Assembly (NCBI GenBank): GCA_951406725.2
Contig: OX597814.1
Span: 54,560,001-54,624,000 of the forward strand
Reading direction: 5' to 3'
Length of the DNA: 64,000 nucleotides
From: Octopus vulgaris
Lineage: Eukaryota
Shown in pieces: positions 39,901 through 54,596 of the stretch. The notes below the pieces were generated by a model. It saw only the letters and a list, made by a program, of their open reading frames with translations. It was not told the origin of the DNA and made no database searches. The stretch's first letter is position 1. The number at the start of each line of letters is the position of its first letter. The position numbers were made by a program, and so were the translations under genes.

Positions 39901-41043
39901 GGAAAGAGAAAGAGAGGAGAGAGAGGAGCGAGAGAGGAGAGAGAGAGGAGAAAGAGAGAGAAACAGAGCATATTTTTCCCTTGTTTACACGGAAAAATTA
40001 AAAAAAGCAGTTACCAGGGCAAAAGGAATAAAATGGTGTAAAACAATGTAATCTTCTCATCAGGGAAAGAAAGAAAGAAATCAAACTCATCAATAAGGCA
40101 TTTTAACAGAATGTGATGAATGTGTATAATGATGAACGGAACGCTATTAAAGTTTTTGTTTTTTAAACCGTTAGAGGATATAACGTCAAAGGTAGCCTAT
40201 AGAAAGGGAAGAGTAAAGGAAAGAAATAAGCAGAAAACTAATAAAGGAGAAATATAGAGCGATATGTGAATTAGAATAAAAGCTAAAAGTCTTGGAAATA
40301 GATATATCTAGTGGAAGTGAAAATGTAAGAAGAATATAAATGTTGAAATTATATAGAATGGTAGGTATCACTTATATGAACAAAAGGTATGTTTCTGCCA
40401 ATGTTTACACCGATAAACACGCTCTATAAACGTGTTTACAAGGGGATTTTTAGAAAATAGAATATAAAGAAGTTCACTATTACGGAGTTGGCAGAATTCT
40501 TTGCCTTTATCGTATGGGAATGAAATGTAGAGAATCAACCAGTATAAATTTAATTGTTGATTATGATCTTTTAGATACCAAATTAATTTACTAAGCCCTG
40601 TACTGCTGCGTTTATTAGTTTCCCTAAATGTAAAGTAATGATTAGAAATTCTTTTAGATAACTGAGAAGAACTACCTATATATAAAAAAAGACATCGGTA
40701 CCGGAAATAATTTTACACTGGTATAAATAGTTTTTAGTCTTAGAATTACTAGACATAAACTTAATTCTGTTGGAATTGACTTCAGAGACAATAACCTTGT
40801 TGTTAATATTTCTAGGAGGATGGTTAGTATTAGCTAAATTAATGTTAGTATTTTCAGTAATTGGATTCTTATTTAACAAATTAATATTATGTGAAGAGAT
40901 ACTTTGTGAAGAGATACTTTGTGAAAGATTTGATGAGATTACATTTTTTTACACAATTTTATTCCTTTTGGAATAATACCAATGTTGTCTTCGAAACATA
41001 TATCGGAAGTAAAAGAATTTGAATAACACCTGCGTTTAACGCC

Positions 41044-41410
<367 letters not shown>

Positions 41411-41530
41411 TGTAATGTTCAGGAGTTGCTACAGGTAATAGGCTAGCAGCAGAATCCATATTAAACTTGGAGTGAGAAAATTTGGAAATGTGTCTTTGAC
41501 AAATACGAATATGACAACAGTTTAACTTAC

Positions 41531-41644
41531 ATTAGTATTATGGTTGCAAGTATCTCTGTCATTCGGAGTACGGCATCCAGTTTCTAACTCTCTGGTAACG
41601 TCATAGCCCTCGTTACCCCATTGAAATACGAGATGATACGCAGC
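41531..41644 (-). CDS. CAP/SCP-superfamily gene, internal exon
   Basis: AATTACAG| ... |GTAAGT; 114 nt, phase 0-0; AAYHLVFQWGNEGYDVTRELETGCRTPNDRDTCNHNTN (WxxE and CxH-x-T motifs). Confidence 0.88.
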
Positions 41645-44332
41645 CTGTAATTGAAAAGAATATAAGATAAAATTACTTAGGTGAAATCAAACGGTAACGA
41701 TAGAAAATACTTCACTGATATCAGACACTAAATATGGCGACTCTCTTTGAAACTGAAATCTGCATTTTGTGTGTGTGAGTGTGTGTGTATGTGTGTTAAT
41801 GTGTGTTTGTGTGTGTTTGTGTGTGATTGAGTGTGTGTGTGTGTGTATGAGTGAGTAAGTGTGTGAGTGTGTATGTGTGTGTGTGTATGTGTATGTGTGC
41901 AGCGGCATGCTGTTGAAAAGAGTGTCACAATACTGTTTATTGATTAAAGGTAAGTATAGCTTTTTCGTTCATTCTCAATCTGCAATAAAATCTCCAATAT
42001 TTTTGTCTTTTATGTCGTCAATTGCTTTAAAATAAAGATTGCGATGAAGCCAGTTTATATAAATTTAAGTTAAAGGTGTATATTGAAAAATGCTATCAAT
42101 AAAAACAAGGAAATTACCAATTAGGACAGAAAATTTTTGCTGGAAAATTAGCTTTAACTTTACAAAAATATTCCTGTATTGTAAAACCTTTTTACTAAGC
42201 TACTTAGATCGTTTTATCAGATGCAATAGGGACACATTACAAAAAATATGGCTAATTCTAAGCCAATTAATATCAAACAAATCAATGTTTCATAAAGAAA
42301 AACGATTTTAATTTACATAATTCATATCTAAATTTTGCTACTACTGATAAAGTATGTTCTAGGAAAATTTTCTTCTGATTAATTAATTTGGTAAATTTTT
42401 GGAACGAAATTATTCTTCAGCAGTTCATTTAAAAATCCCAAGAGTATAATACTAAAGCATAATAAAGTTAAAAGCAGCTCGTTTGTTGCTATCCATACAT
42501 ATCAATTCTTTATCGTATTATTATTCATCAGTATCTTATCTCGGTAAATTGCTAAATGAGAACCGTATTAGATATAGCAAAATCATAAATACTTGTAGCA
42601 GTACTCGGAAATATGTAAAGTTTAATGTTGAGTACTTTAATTCAATCATAATTGTGTTAGAAAATACTAACCATTGACAAGTTTCAAAGCTATCATATAG
42701 TGAACCATTCACAGATACCAGCTCAATACTTTAATAAATTGCGCTGTTTAGCTAAATCTAAGATGATTAAACTGTTTAAAAATATTCAGGAAATGTCAAA
42801 ACGTGTGACAATATATTTTCAGAAATTTAATGAGATTAGAGATTCATATAAAATATTTTTGTATGATAACTAAATACCGAAGAAAATAAAGATAACACAA
42901 AAAATTCTATTTAATTTGTTTAAAAATTTATTTTTCCTTTAATCTTAATAATTTATTTCGTTAGATTAAAACCAGTTTTGATAGGAGAGAACTATGATCA
43001 AGTGAATTGGAAACAATATTTTAAAAGTACTTATTTTGTCGTAAACAGATCAGTGGAACGTAAAATCGAATCCAGATGTATCTGAACTGGTCTTAGTGCG
43101 ATAAAACTAAATACTTTAAGACATTTAGTTTGCCAGTATATTACCAATTCCATTACTTTTTACATTCGTGTGGATTTTGCACAACAGTACTACGATTTAA
43201 AGAAACTGTGAAGTTTTAACTCTCACGTAGTGGTTTTAGTAGTTTAAATAAGCAAAAAATGTTCAACAGAGGATTGGAAACTAGGTCTCAGCTTCAATTC
43301 GGAAAGTGCATTGTTCTGAGGCAGAAAGCTTTAGGGTTATGTTGAAAAAAAATTACTATGAGTTTCATGTTTATAGCCAGGAGTGTCGTTCATAAGCTGG
43401 GTCTTTGAATCAATTTCTGTTGCTTGTTGTTCATGTTACTAAAGTTTTTTTTTGGTGGGGGGGCATGGCAAGAACACATTCCATATGATAGATTTGAAGA
43501 TTTCTTGAAGTGTTGCGATTTTAAATTAATTATTTGAATGGCCACTTCTCAATTCTTCATAAAAATGATAAACATTCGGACATATTTAAAGTAAATAAAA
43601 AAAGTGAATTGACTTCCTGTTGGTTTTTAACTAGTAGTATTAAATTTGTTCAATCAATTAAATGGCTTACTCATTGAATTATTTATAGCGTAAGTGGTTG
43701 AGCTCTCAGCAAACACTTACATGCTGGTTGAATCAGCATGACATATTCCATAAAATACGGCCTTTTTAATTATAGGCACAATCTATTGGACAAACCTTCA
43801 CATAATTTCTGCCAACCCAATTTTCACTCGCAAATCTTAAATCAATCCGAGGTTGTAGTAAAATACGTTTGCTCAATATGTCACGCAGTAGGATCGAACC
43901 TGAAATCTTGTGACTGCGAAGCGAACTTCCTAACCACTTAGGCATGCCTACGCCCATACATAGATACTTTTGACAGTATGAAGAAAGAGAATCACGAAAC
44001 TGATTGATTCTTGAAGGCGATCTATTTTTTAAAATCGACATTATTAATTCACATTCGTAACATATTCGTCAGGGGGATTCTGAAAATTATGCTCAATATA
44101 TTCTCTGAAGTATTAGCTATAGGAAGTAATTAACACCATATAATCATCATATTCATCTCTAACATCTACTTTATTATATTTCGCCTCGTGTTCATTAACG
44201 TCTTACACACAGCCATCATCATTATCTCTATTTTTTAATAAAAATGCAACGATAATACTGACAAATAGAATTATGTATCAGACTGACTCAGCTTAAAGCG
44301 CTGTTTTCTATTGACAATAATTATCAGTTTAA

Positions 44333-44746
44333 AGGCGGCAAGCTGGCAGAATCGTTAGCACGCTGGACGAAATGCTTAGCGGTCGCCACGTTCTGAGTTC
44401 AAATTCCGTCGAGGTCGACTTTGCCTTTCCTCCTTTCGGGGTCGAAAAAATTAAGTACCAGTTATGTACTGGGGTTGATCTAATCGACTCATCCCCTCTC
44501 CCCAAATCACTGCCCTTGTGGCAAAATTTGAAAACATAGAAGGCGGCGAGCTGGCAGAAACGTTAGCACCACGGGCAAAATGCTTAGCGGTATTTCGTCT
44601 GTCTTTATGTTCTGAGTTCAAATTCCGCCGAGGTCGACTTTGCCTTTCATCCTTTCAGGGTCGATAAATTAAATACCTGTTGCGTACTGGGATCGACCTA
44701 ATCGACTGGCCCCCTCCCCCAAAATCTTGTGCCTAGAGTAGAAAAG
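44333..44746 (+). mobile_element. Dimeric SINE family B inside one 16-bp TSD
   Basis: Two headed units (44333 and about 44541), bounded by AATAATTATCAGTTTA at 44316-44331 and 44747-44762. Confidence 0.88.
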
Positions 44747-45139
44747 AATAATTATCAGTTTAGAAAAAGACATAATTATGAGTAGAATGTTAAAATTGAA
44801 AAAACAAACAAACTGATAAAATATTAGCACAGAGATTAAAAACGAGAAGTTATTGCGATTAAACACTTAAATATTGGGATTGTTAATTTAAATTTGTTGC
44901 TCAAAATTATTACAACACCAAGTTATACACACACACACACACACACACACATATAGATATGTATATACACATAGACACGCGCGCAACCCCACCCCCCACA
45001 GAAGAAGTGTTTAATAGTAATAAAACTCCTTTTCAGAAATAAAGAGGGTGTTTCAGCTATCAGTTTGAAGGTCGGAAAACAGTAAAAGGAATATTAAGAA
45101 TTCTAACCTACAGGATGAAAGGGAAGCGGGAAGGTTTGC

Positions 45140-45250
45140 GCGCCAAATGCATTTGTAAGCGGGCGCTAAATGCATCTGTAATTGCGCGCGAAATGTATCT
45201 GTAAATGTGCGCCAAATGCATCTGTAGTTGTGCAACAAATGCATTTGTCG
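45140..45250. repeat. 23-bp minisatellite, about 5 copies
   Basis: GCGCCAAATGCATTTGTAAGCGG / GCGCTAAATGCATCTGTAATTGC / GCGCGAAATGTATCTGTAAATGT / GCGCCAAATGCATCTGTAGTTGT / GCAACAAATGCATTTGT. Confidence 0.85.
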
Positions 45251-45749
45251 TATCATGTATTTATGCAATTCTTAGCCTCCATGTTTAATCATCTTAAGCG
45301 TTTAATTGAAACAGTATTATTAGAATTTAAGAAAAAAATTGTGCTCGATGAATGAAACATTTTATTTGTCTGTTACACCATATCGGAAAAATTTGTACGA
45401 TGCTGTATCAAATTGAGAGATATCCATTGTGTCCCAAGAAGAAATATGAAGCATTTCACCTCATGCTCTTTATTCCACTCATCTGTAAGATTTTGTTCGA
45501 AAAGACACTCGTTTCTTTAAATAGTTTACTAATATACATAATTCTTTGCATATTATTGAATAGACTCGCGCTGACAAAAATCGCACCCCTTTGTTGCCAT
45601 ATCTTTATTGAAAAAACAATACTTTGTTCAAGTTAATTTTGAAAATAATGAAAATTTTGGTAAAATAACTTTGCTATATTAAGCTTTTGTTTGGAACAAA
45701 TTATCACGAACTTTTGATGGAGGGTTTTAATGTAGATTACTTTAAAACC

Positions 45750-46085
45750 GTGAAGGCGCATGGCTCAGTGGTTAGAGCGTCGAGCTTACGATCGTGAGGT
45801 TGTGAGTTCGAACCGGGTTGCGTGTTGATTTCTTGAGCAAGACACTTTATTTCACGTTGCTCCAGTTAACCCAACTGTAGAAATGAGTTGCGACATCAAT
45901 GGTGCCAAGCTGTATCGGCCTTTGCCTTTCCCTTGGATAACATCAGTGGTGTGGAGAGGGGAGGCTGATATGCATGGGAAACTGCTGGCCTTCCACAAAC
46001 AATCTTGCCCGGATTTGTGCCTCGGAGGGTAACTTTCTAGGTGCAATTCCATGGCCCTTCATGACCGAAGGGGGTCTACTCACTT
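45750..46085 (+). mobile_element. tRNA-derived SINE family C variant
   Basis: TGGCTCAGTGG A box, GAGTTCGAACC B box and CTTGAGCAAGACACTT core; ACTTTAAAAC repeated on both sides. Confidence 0.85.
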
Positions 46086-46772
46086 TAATACTCACTTTAA
46101 AACAAGAAATTTGTATCATAGAACCGGCAGCAGTCTCAGACGGATTGGCATCAAAAGAGTTAAATAGTGGGAATTATAATGATTAACAAAAAATGTAATA
46201 ACAGTATTTTCGGTATCAGATGTAAAAAACTAAATACTCCTTGTTTTAAGAATTTAGTGGAAAATAAGTTTTCAGAAGTGTATATCATAAAAAAACAACA
46301 TAATTTACTTTAAAAGGAATTTTATATTAAAAAAAAAAAGACTCATCGAAAAATAACAATGAGCTTATTACACCTTGTGCTCGGGTAAACGCACTATAGT
46401 ATATGGGAATGATACCGTAATTTTATCAGTTTATCATCTTGCGACATAATAAGCCATATAAATGCGATACCATAGCACTACATCTGTTCATTTTGCATCA
46501 GATGAAGTGTGATAATATCTGATGAACGAGTCACACAGTTTTTGAGTTTTCGTTACAATTCCACATTCCGAATTATACTATATTTCTAGAGACATTCATA
46601 TGCACCTGTAAAAATGTCCATTATATTCTAGTCATTGATTTTTGACAAAAACATAAGGCCTACTTTCGTTTAGCGGATCGACTACAACCTCATTGGAGTA
46701 TCAACATCGGAGTCATAGTATACAAATTTGTGACTTAAACTCTGAAAATAAAGAGGTAAGAATACTCTGCGC

Positions 46773-46950
46773 TTAAATTCCGCCGAGGTCGACTTTGCCT
46801 TTCCTCCTTTCGTGGTCGATAAAATAAGTGCCAGCTGAGCATTGGAGTCGATGTAATCGACTAGACTCCTCTCCCAAAATTTCAACCCTTATGTCTATAG
46901 TACAAATAATAATAATAATAATAACAATAATAATAATAATAATAATTAAT
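46773..46950 (+). mobile_element. 5'-truncated SINE family B with (AAT)n tail
   Basis: AAATTCCGCCGAGGTCGACTTTGCCTTTC..CCTTTCG core followed by (AAT)n. Confidence 0.75.
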
Positions 46951-47467
46951 GTTGTTGTCAAGAAGATATGTTAGGTTAGGAATTGCACAAATTAAAGAAG
47001 TTGAAAGATTTAGTTGTAATTGGTTTGTTTTCTGGATTAACCGTCACCAACAAAATTATACAGGAGATAAAAAAAGCACGCACGCCGTTGCACCGATACC
47101 ATTTGCGATTTCCAACGCGCAGTCCCTAAAATAAAAAATACAGCAACATGCATTGAATACAAGCAGGATTAAAATACACAGCATAAGTTTCAAAGGAACA
47201 CTCTTTTTTTCTGCGAAGATTGTTAGGAGCAAACATGCAATGCAAACATAATTTTCTTCTAAACTTTATATCGAGCTATATTCTACTATGTTGCTCTAAG
47301 TTATAGTTTAATGAATATCTTACTAAAATACTTGCCGTTGATGTATATAATAAATCTAAAGTATTACCTAATTGCTCTTTAGATTTTGATCTAGATATTA
47401 ACTATTTGACTAAATAGCTTACTAGAAATTAACTTAACTTCTGTATCTTTAGTACACACACACGCAG

Positions 47468-47537
<70 letters not shown>

Positions 47538-48332
47538 CAAATACATGCTCTCACTTGTCATTACAACTGTCCTTTTTCTACTAAGTCATGCTCTTCCATT
47601 TAACATACAGGCAACATCCTTACAACTGAAATCTATTACCCCCTTCACATTCAATGTGTAAACTTTGCTGCAACTCCGTATTACACATCGAAAAGTTCTC
47701 CGTAAGTCTGTGAGTGAATTTGAAGACACAATCAGTAAATAGAACCTATATCCAACTATTTCTTTAATCTCAATCATTTGCTGTCACAAATTTGAAAATG
47801 TCAGGTGTGCAATCTCATTCCTGCTAGGATCAGGTATATTTGCACTATTGGAAACTAAAATAGCCCCATAAGCTAATGGAAAAAGTTTTTAATATGCTAC
47901 AAAATCAAACAAACAAACTTACCATCACTTCTGCACCGCTATTGGTGATATTGAAACTGCTAAAACGTTGTTATGATTTTCCTTAATCTTTTAGTGAGAA
48001 CTTGAATTGAATCGATTGTACCATGTTGTTGAAAACATTATCTACAATTCAAGTTCATTACATAACTAGATGAAGAGCTTTCAACGTTAGCATAACTCAA
48101 CGTACGTTTACCAACAGAACTCATAGCTCCAGAAAAATTACCAATGGTGTACCTCAAGGTTCGTACTACACGCACGTCTTTTCATAATTAAATGTTAAAG
48201 AAGTATACAGAATGCATTTATTAAAAGAAGCACACACAAAAATGAAAAATTGTTATTTTCGCGCGCATTTGAAAACAGCATTTGTTAAAATAATACTCGA
48301 AATACTTATTTCAAACAATTGATATAACTTAC

Positions 48333-48458
48333 TTGATCTTTGTCCCGGTCTGATGTAAACAACTTTCCGAAGTTAGTGTAAGCACTTCTGGGACCAGGAT
48401 ATTCTTCATCACAGCGAATAACATAATTTGCCCATCTACTGAGATATGGGCTCCATTT
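48333..48458 (-). CDS. CAP/SCP-superfamily gene, internal exon
   Basis: TTATTTCAG| ... |GTAAGT; 126 nt, phase 0-0; KWSPYLSRWANYVIRCDEEYPGPRSAYTNFGKLFTSDRDKDQ (L-x-W-x-x-x-L...A...C motif). Confidence 0.88.
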
Positions 48459-48658
48459 CTGAAATAAGTATTACATTTATGAAGAGTTCTTTATAAAAAT
48501 AAAGATTTTACGAATATTTTGTACCATAAAAATTTATCGAAAGACTATCAAATATAAAAATCATAGAAATATACTAAAATTGATTTAAATATAATCAAAA
48601 TGAGAGCTATTCTAACTTAATCTAAAGAACTTCCTTTTAAAAATTCGACAACACTTAC

Positions 48659-48738
48659 CAATTCTTGTTTGTTAGTCCTTCGACGAAGAGTGTTATGGGC
48701 GCTCTTCATATAATATTCTTCCGTATCAGTCATGCTTC
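48659..48738 (-). CDS. CAP/SCP-superfamily gene, exon starting the second CAP domain
   Basis: TTTTTGATAG| ... |GTAAGT; 80 nt, phase 1-0; (G)SMTDTEEYYMKSAHNTLRRRTNKQEL contains the HNxxR motif. Confidence 0.88.
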
Positions 48739-49304
48739 CTATCAAAAACGAGCAATGACATATTTATTCGTATTTATTTGAAAGAATAAAGAAAAGAAAC
48801 ATTTAAATGAATCCAATAGATATTTTCATTCGTATGCAGGTTAAAATTTTAGTTGCGGAGGTAATGTCTGTGTTGGAACTTTAACTGATAAAACTTTTAG
48901 CCGTTCCTATAAAATCCATACCACTTTTTGACGAAAACATACGAAAACATATAGCTGCTCGGGTACCTCTTAAATTTAGTTGTTCTAACATAAATACAGA
49001 AGATTTTATTTCCAACCTTTCTATATACACGCAAAATTTCTTATGATTTCATATCTTAAGTTCTTTCAACATATTTTCGGATCAAAAGACAATTATGCTA
49101 TACATACATACATATATAAATATATGTATTCTTGGGTGCATATCTGCAAAGACGTCTCGTTACTTTCCTGAATCTATTTTTATGGAGATAAAACAAAGAG
49201 TAACAAAAAAAAAAAAAAAAAAAAAACGGAAAAGCTTAAGATTAGATTTCTTACTAAGAAGTATGTAGAATAAAAGAAATAAAAATGCTGAGAGAAAAAT
49301 ATAC

Positions 49305-49415
49305 CTGCTCCGGCCAGTTGTCTTCGAAGTCTCCTAGCGTCAAGAGTGGCTTTATTTCTTAGAAAACGTCGATGGTACTCGGGAGGGGTTCTTAACCTTT
49401 TAGAAAGCTCTTCGC
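49305..49415 (-). CDS. CAP gene, basic linker exon
   Basis: AATTTCAG| ... CAG|GTATA; 111 nt, phase 1-1, open; EELSKRLRTPPEYHRRFLRNKATLDARRLRRQLAGA; GC-richer than the flanks and phase-compatible with both neighbours. Confidence 0.75.
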
Positions 49416-51044
49416 CTGAAATTCGACAAGAATATTATGTTTGTTGATGATTTAGGGAAAGTGAACATGCAAAAAATAAGAATAACATTAGAAGCATCTG
49501 AAGAAAAGAAAGTTGGCCGAGTGTTTTCTTTGGTTTCTTTTTACGTTACATATTTATATGGTTGTGTGAAGATTGAGGGAAGTTCATAATTTTCTCTACG
49601 ACATAAGCGAAATTATTTCAAATGAAAATTATAATTAGTTCGTAGACGCGAACAAATAAGAACCTACCGCTGCCATTATGTCTACCCTCATATTTTCATA
49701 ACACAAAAAATCTTTGTAAACGCTAAAAATGATGTGGGAAGTTGTAGTGTTCAGACCCAAAGTCAACTGAGGTTTGTGACTGCGAAGCAATCTCGATATG
49801 GCAGGATCTGACCTCTTTACATATAAATGTTAACCTCAATGATTTTCTTAATCTTACAAAAAATATACCCTTAAAATTAATGGAAATAAGAAAAATATTA
49901 TTTCCAGGCAGTTCATTTCGGAAGTAAAATGAAGCATGTCTATAAGTTTAGAGATTCCAGCGAGAAAATTACACTGAAATTTTACATTGTAATACAAATA
50001 TCGATGACATACGTTCACAATATCCGAGAATTAAGTTTAGATGAATTTCTTTTAAAATAAACTTCTAATTATCTTTAATCAACATAAGTCACGAAATATC
50101 GTTTTGATTCAGAACTTCTAATGAGTGATTCGCAATAAATACCCAGTGACGCTTTAAAGATATCTAGCAAGTTTCAGAGCAAAAAGCAATTCGTTGATTC
50201 TTCGGGAAAGGGAAAGAGTTTAAATTGATTATATATATAAATCTATTTTAATAATTTCCAAAATGCGAACACTGGAAAGAAATAAAATAAACATTATTCT
50301 TTTATTTTAAATATAGTTTTAAAAAGTAAAGAATTGCAGTCAATTAAAATTATTAAAACAAGATATTCATATCTTGCGATGATTTAGCACGAAATGTACT
50401 TTAGCCAAAAGTAAAGATTAATAAAAATGACTTATTAAAACTATTGGCTTGTAGCGTATCATAAATTTAAATCAAATACAGTTTCGAGGAATATCATTTA
50501 TATGATTATTGTTTAAATCGAAAATTATCTTATCATTTTAAGTTTTCAGAGTTTGGGAAAATGAATTGTAAATACACATGCAAATTTAAAAACTCCACAC
50601 TTCAAAATGTTCACCATCAAAACGCAAATCACAGGTTCACAAATATGGCAACCGAATGTAATTGTGGTTTATTAAAGGAAACGATAATCAGGAAATGGGA
50701 AAATCAAAATATGGGAGGTAAAAGAAAACAAAATGTAATAATGGTTTTTTAAAAAAATAAATAAACAGAATTGCATATTTATGATAAAATGATGCTAGAC
50801 TGTAATCTTGATATTTCATCGCTGATTAACAGATAAATATTTAGTGTGTAAAATTGTGATGTAATTTCAGCAGAAGTATGTTTCATGGGATGGGGATGGT
50901 CAGATAGCAGAAAAAAGGCATATAAAGGGAAAAAAGATTTAGCAGAGCCAAACTATTAGAGTGCAGGCGAAGGTGGGATGAATTTAGGCTGCGTTCGATT
51001 AAGATTTCCCATGATTCCATACGTCTGAGTATCACGTTTTTCTT

Positions 51045-51047
<3 letters not shown>

Positions 51048-51091
<44 letters not shown>

Positions 51092-51197
51092 GGAGAGAGA
51101 GAGAGAGAGAGGGAAAAAGAGAGATTTATATATACACAAATAGCGCCATTGAAATATAAGGAGAGAAAGAAGAAAGTTGAACGAAAGAAAAAAGAAA

Positions 51198-51242
<45 letters not shown>

Positions 51243-51244
51243 GA

Positions 51245-51292
<48 letters not shown>

Positions 51293-51486
51293 TAGATAGA
51301 TAGAGTTTGAGAGAAAGAAATTTAAAGATTAGATTCGGATTAGTTGGAATGATTTTGGGTAGATAACACGCTAAAGTTTACTCTAAATGTATAAAATATT
51401 TTGGAGCGATATTAGTCCCTAGTGAAATTAACTTTAGTAATATAGTAGAATATTATAATTATTTTTGTCATTATCATTGCTGTTGC

Positions 51487-51550
<64 letters not shown>
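51048..51550. repeat. (TA)n, (GA)n and (ATT)n microsatellite cluster
   Basis: Visible runs at about 51048-51110, 51200-51300 and 51488-51550. Confidence 0.9.
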
Positions 51551-51552
<2 letters not shown>

Positions 51553-52509
51553 AAAATAAGGCAAAGACTAAAAATTTTATCCTAACTTATAGTTGTTTTA
51601 GGGAAATGAAATATTGCTTCTACAGTTCAGATTGAACAACCATTCTTCTATATGAATGTGCATTCGAACGATATTTTAGTCTGATTATTGAATAACTTCT
51701 TTCTGTTTTACTCTCGCTTTTTGAAAGAAATTGGCTGTGGTCAGACCTAGAGAGGAGTAGGTTCTGCCAAAATCTAAACAATGCCAAAAACACGTCACGT
51801 ATCGCAACGGCAACCACTTAACTTCATGTAGGAGTAAAAGAGGCAAGGCAAGGCAAAACAAAGCAATTGTAAATTAACCTTTCATCACAACAAAAAGGTT
51901 ATTACCAATAATACAATGGACCGATTACAAAACAAAAGCCTTCATTATACTGAAGAATCCCTTATTATATTCAAGAGGACTTTTGGAAATTTCTTGGAAT
52001 TATAGTATATAAATGACTTGCAGAACAGTTGAATTTGTCAGCTTTTGACCATTTCAACTATTTTATTATCTTAATTTCAGGGATCTTCACATCTCAAAAA
52101 GGTAAGATGATTCCGAGAAGGAAGTTCTCTTTACATTTGTTAAAAGCGCAATGCTATAGCTATATTAAGTAAACGGACAATACTATACTATATAGGTTAA
52201 CAGATATCCTTGGTAGTGGCCTAATACTTAGGATAACACTCAACTAGGTAGAAAACTAACATTATAATAGGTACAGTGCTAATTGATAAACTTGATATTT
52301 TACTGACATTATGAAATAGCTTTTGAGTGAAAATCTCCAGTTTTAGAAATAAATGAGCAAAGAATAACTTCTCTGTTTAAGTATAATATACAGAATGTAT
52401 CGGGATGTATCTCAGAAGATTTTATCATAAATATTTTGTAGGAGTCATATATTAACAATCTTATCTTGCACTTTGGTGTGTAGATATGTTGAATAAAATT
52501 GGGTGTATT

Positions 52510-52616
<107 letters not shown>

Positions 52617-53869
52617 ATTTCAATATAAATTATATGTACATCGTAAGAAACAGATATTAAACTTTTAGACATTGTCTACCCAGAATCCAATCGAAATGTT
52701 TTTATAAATTAATACAATTATTTAATGTATTAAATCTGTATTAGTAAAACTTATGCTTTGGTAAGATAGTTTCATTGTTATGTATATGAACTGTTATTTC
52801 TTTTAAAAGCGACACATTTTTATTTTGTTATTTTCTTTTTAAAAGGAAAGATTTCTCAAGTTAATGAAATGAAAGAAAGGCCGGAATAAAACTTCCAAGG
52901 TATAGAAAGAAGGGAATAATTTAGAAGAGAAGTTAGAAGAGAAAAGCCTTAAAAGAAGGCAAACATGCAAGAAAAATTTCTCAGGTTTTGTTTTAGCCAT
53001 ATATAGCAGTTCTAGTTTATTTCAGCGTAAATACTTAACCCTTAAATTCACCCTTACATTGTCCTTTAATTATGGAATAAATAATTTTACATGATAACAT
53101 CAATGCTTCTGAATTCTAACAAATTTATAATGACTTTAACTAAAACTTATTTGTTTGTATTGATTATAACTCTACTTTACAGTTATATTTATTTTTACAT
53201 CAAAGCGACTGCATTAAATCTGGTATTAAATTTATAAAGCAACGATAGTATCTATATTTTGCTCCATATCGGTAGATACATGAACTGGCTCTAATGGAAA
53301 ATGTAAATCGAATTTAAATAGAATCAGTATTGAAATAAGTCGGTTTGTTGCATTGCGAAGAAATAAACTGTATATAAGTGTTTTAAGAATAAAAGTGTCT
53401 TAAACTATGACCCATAGAATTATTTGATATAGGTAGCTGGTATTAGAATTTTAATACTTGATTTATAGGTATGTTAAGAACAAGACAGTACTTACAACTT
53501 TTCAAGTACCTTGTAATTTATATTTTATTTCAGTCCTATATTGCGCTATATGAGAAACGGGATATATCTTGCTATCATGGGAGTTTTTGAGATAAAATTA
53601 TGCCATAGTAAAAGTCTGTGTTATTTATTTACATTAAGCAATAGTTAGGGAATTATTAAATTGTAAAACATAATTTTTAGGACAAAAAGGGAAGCAGTTA
53701 GATGAATCAGGACAGGCGCGAGGAAAGAGCAAGTACACAGAAGCTTGTATTTCAGGGATCACAATCAGTTCTTGAAGAAAGAAAAGGAAGATTTTTGAAA
53801 ACTTTCATTTTAATTCTGTTGTTGAGCATGTATATTTCAGGGAATATATTTTTGTGTGTCTGCTGGCGA

Positions 53870-54088
<219 letters not shown>

Positions 54089-54596
54089 GCCATATTTTTG
54101 TGAGTATGACTGCAAATATGGCAGGATATGCTGGAGCAGAGACAAGTAACTGAATATATGGAGCACAGGGAAATTGAAATGGATTTTAAGGAGTTGAAGT
54201 ATCAAAAAGGGATGCACGCAAAGAGAAAAATCAAGACGTATATAAGGTAAAAATTGAAGCTGAAATAATAGAAAAAGATTTAATATAAACAAGTTGAATC
54301 ATGCTGAGTTAAGACTTAAACTCAAACATGCACCATACTTACTATAACCCAGCGTCACATTTTGCTCACCTGGAATTCAAACTTAGAAATTTGTAACCAT
54401 GACAAGAGATTAAATGAGAGAAATGGACCCAAGTATGAGTGGGTTGTACATACCTATGTGTGTGTTGATACACACACAAATATGTATATGTATATATATG
54501 TGTGTGTGTATGTGTGTGCGTATGTTTGCGAGAGTATGTGCTCGTATGTGTATGAATGTGGGTGAATGAAATTCTGATGTGCTTATACACAGTATA

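Noticed and set aside
45140-45250. CRISPR-like appearance of a short regular repeat
   Set aside because: Contiguous tandem units with no unique spacers, eukaryotic context and no cas genes.
47084-47125. Minus-strand segment GLRVGNRKWYRCNG after a good acceptor
   Set aside because: Phase-compatible, but the donor (GTGCGT) is weak and the domain aligns well without it.
47923-47959. Minus-strand 37-nt AG/GTAAGT-bounded segment in a CAP intron
   Set aside because: It has a stop in the phase required by the flanking exons, and the CAP domain is complete without it.
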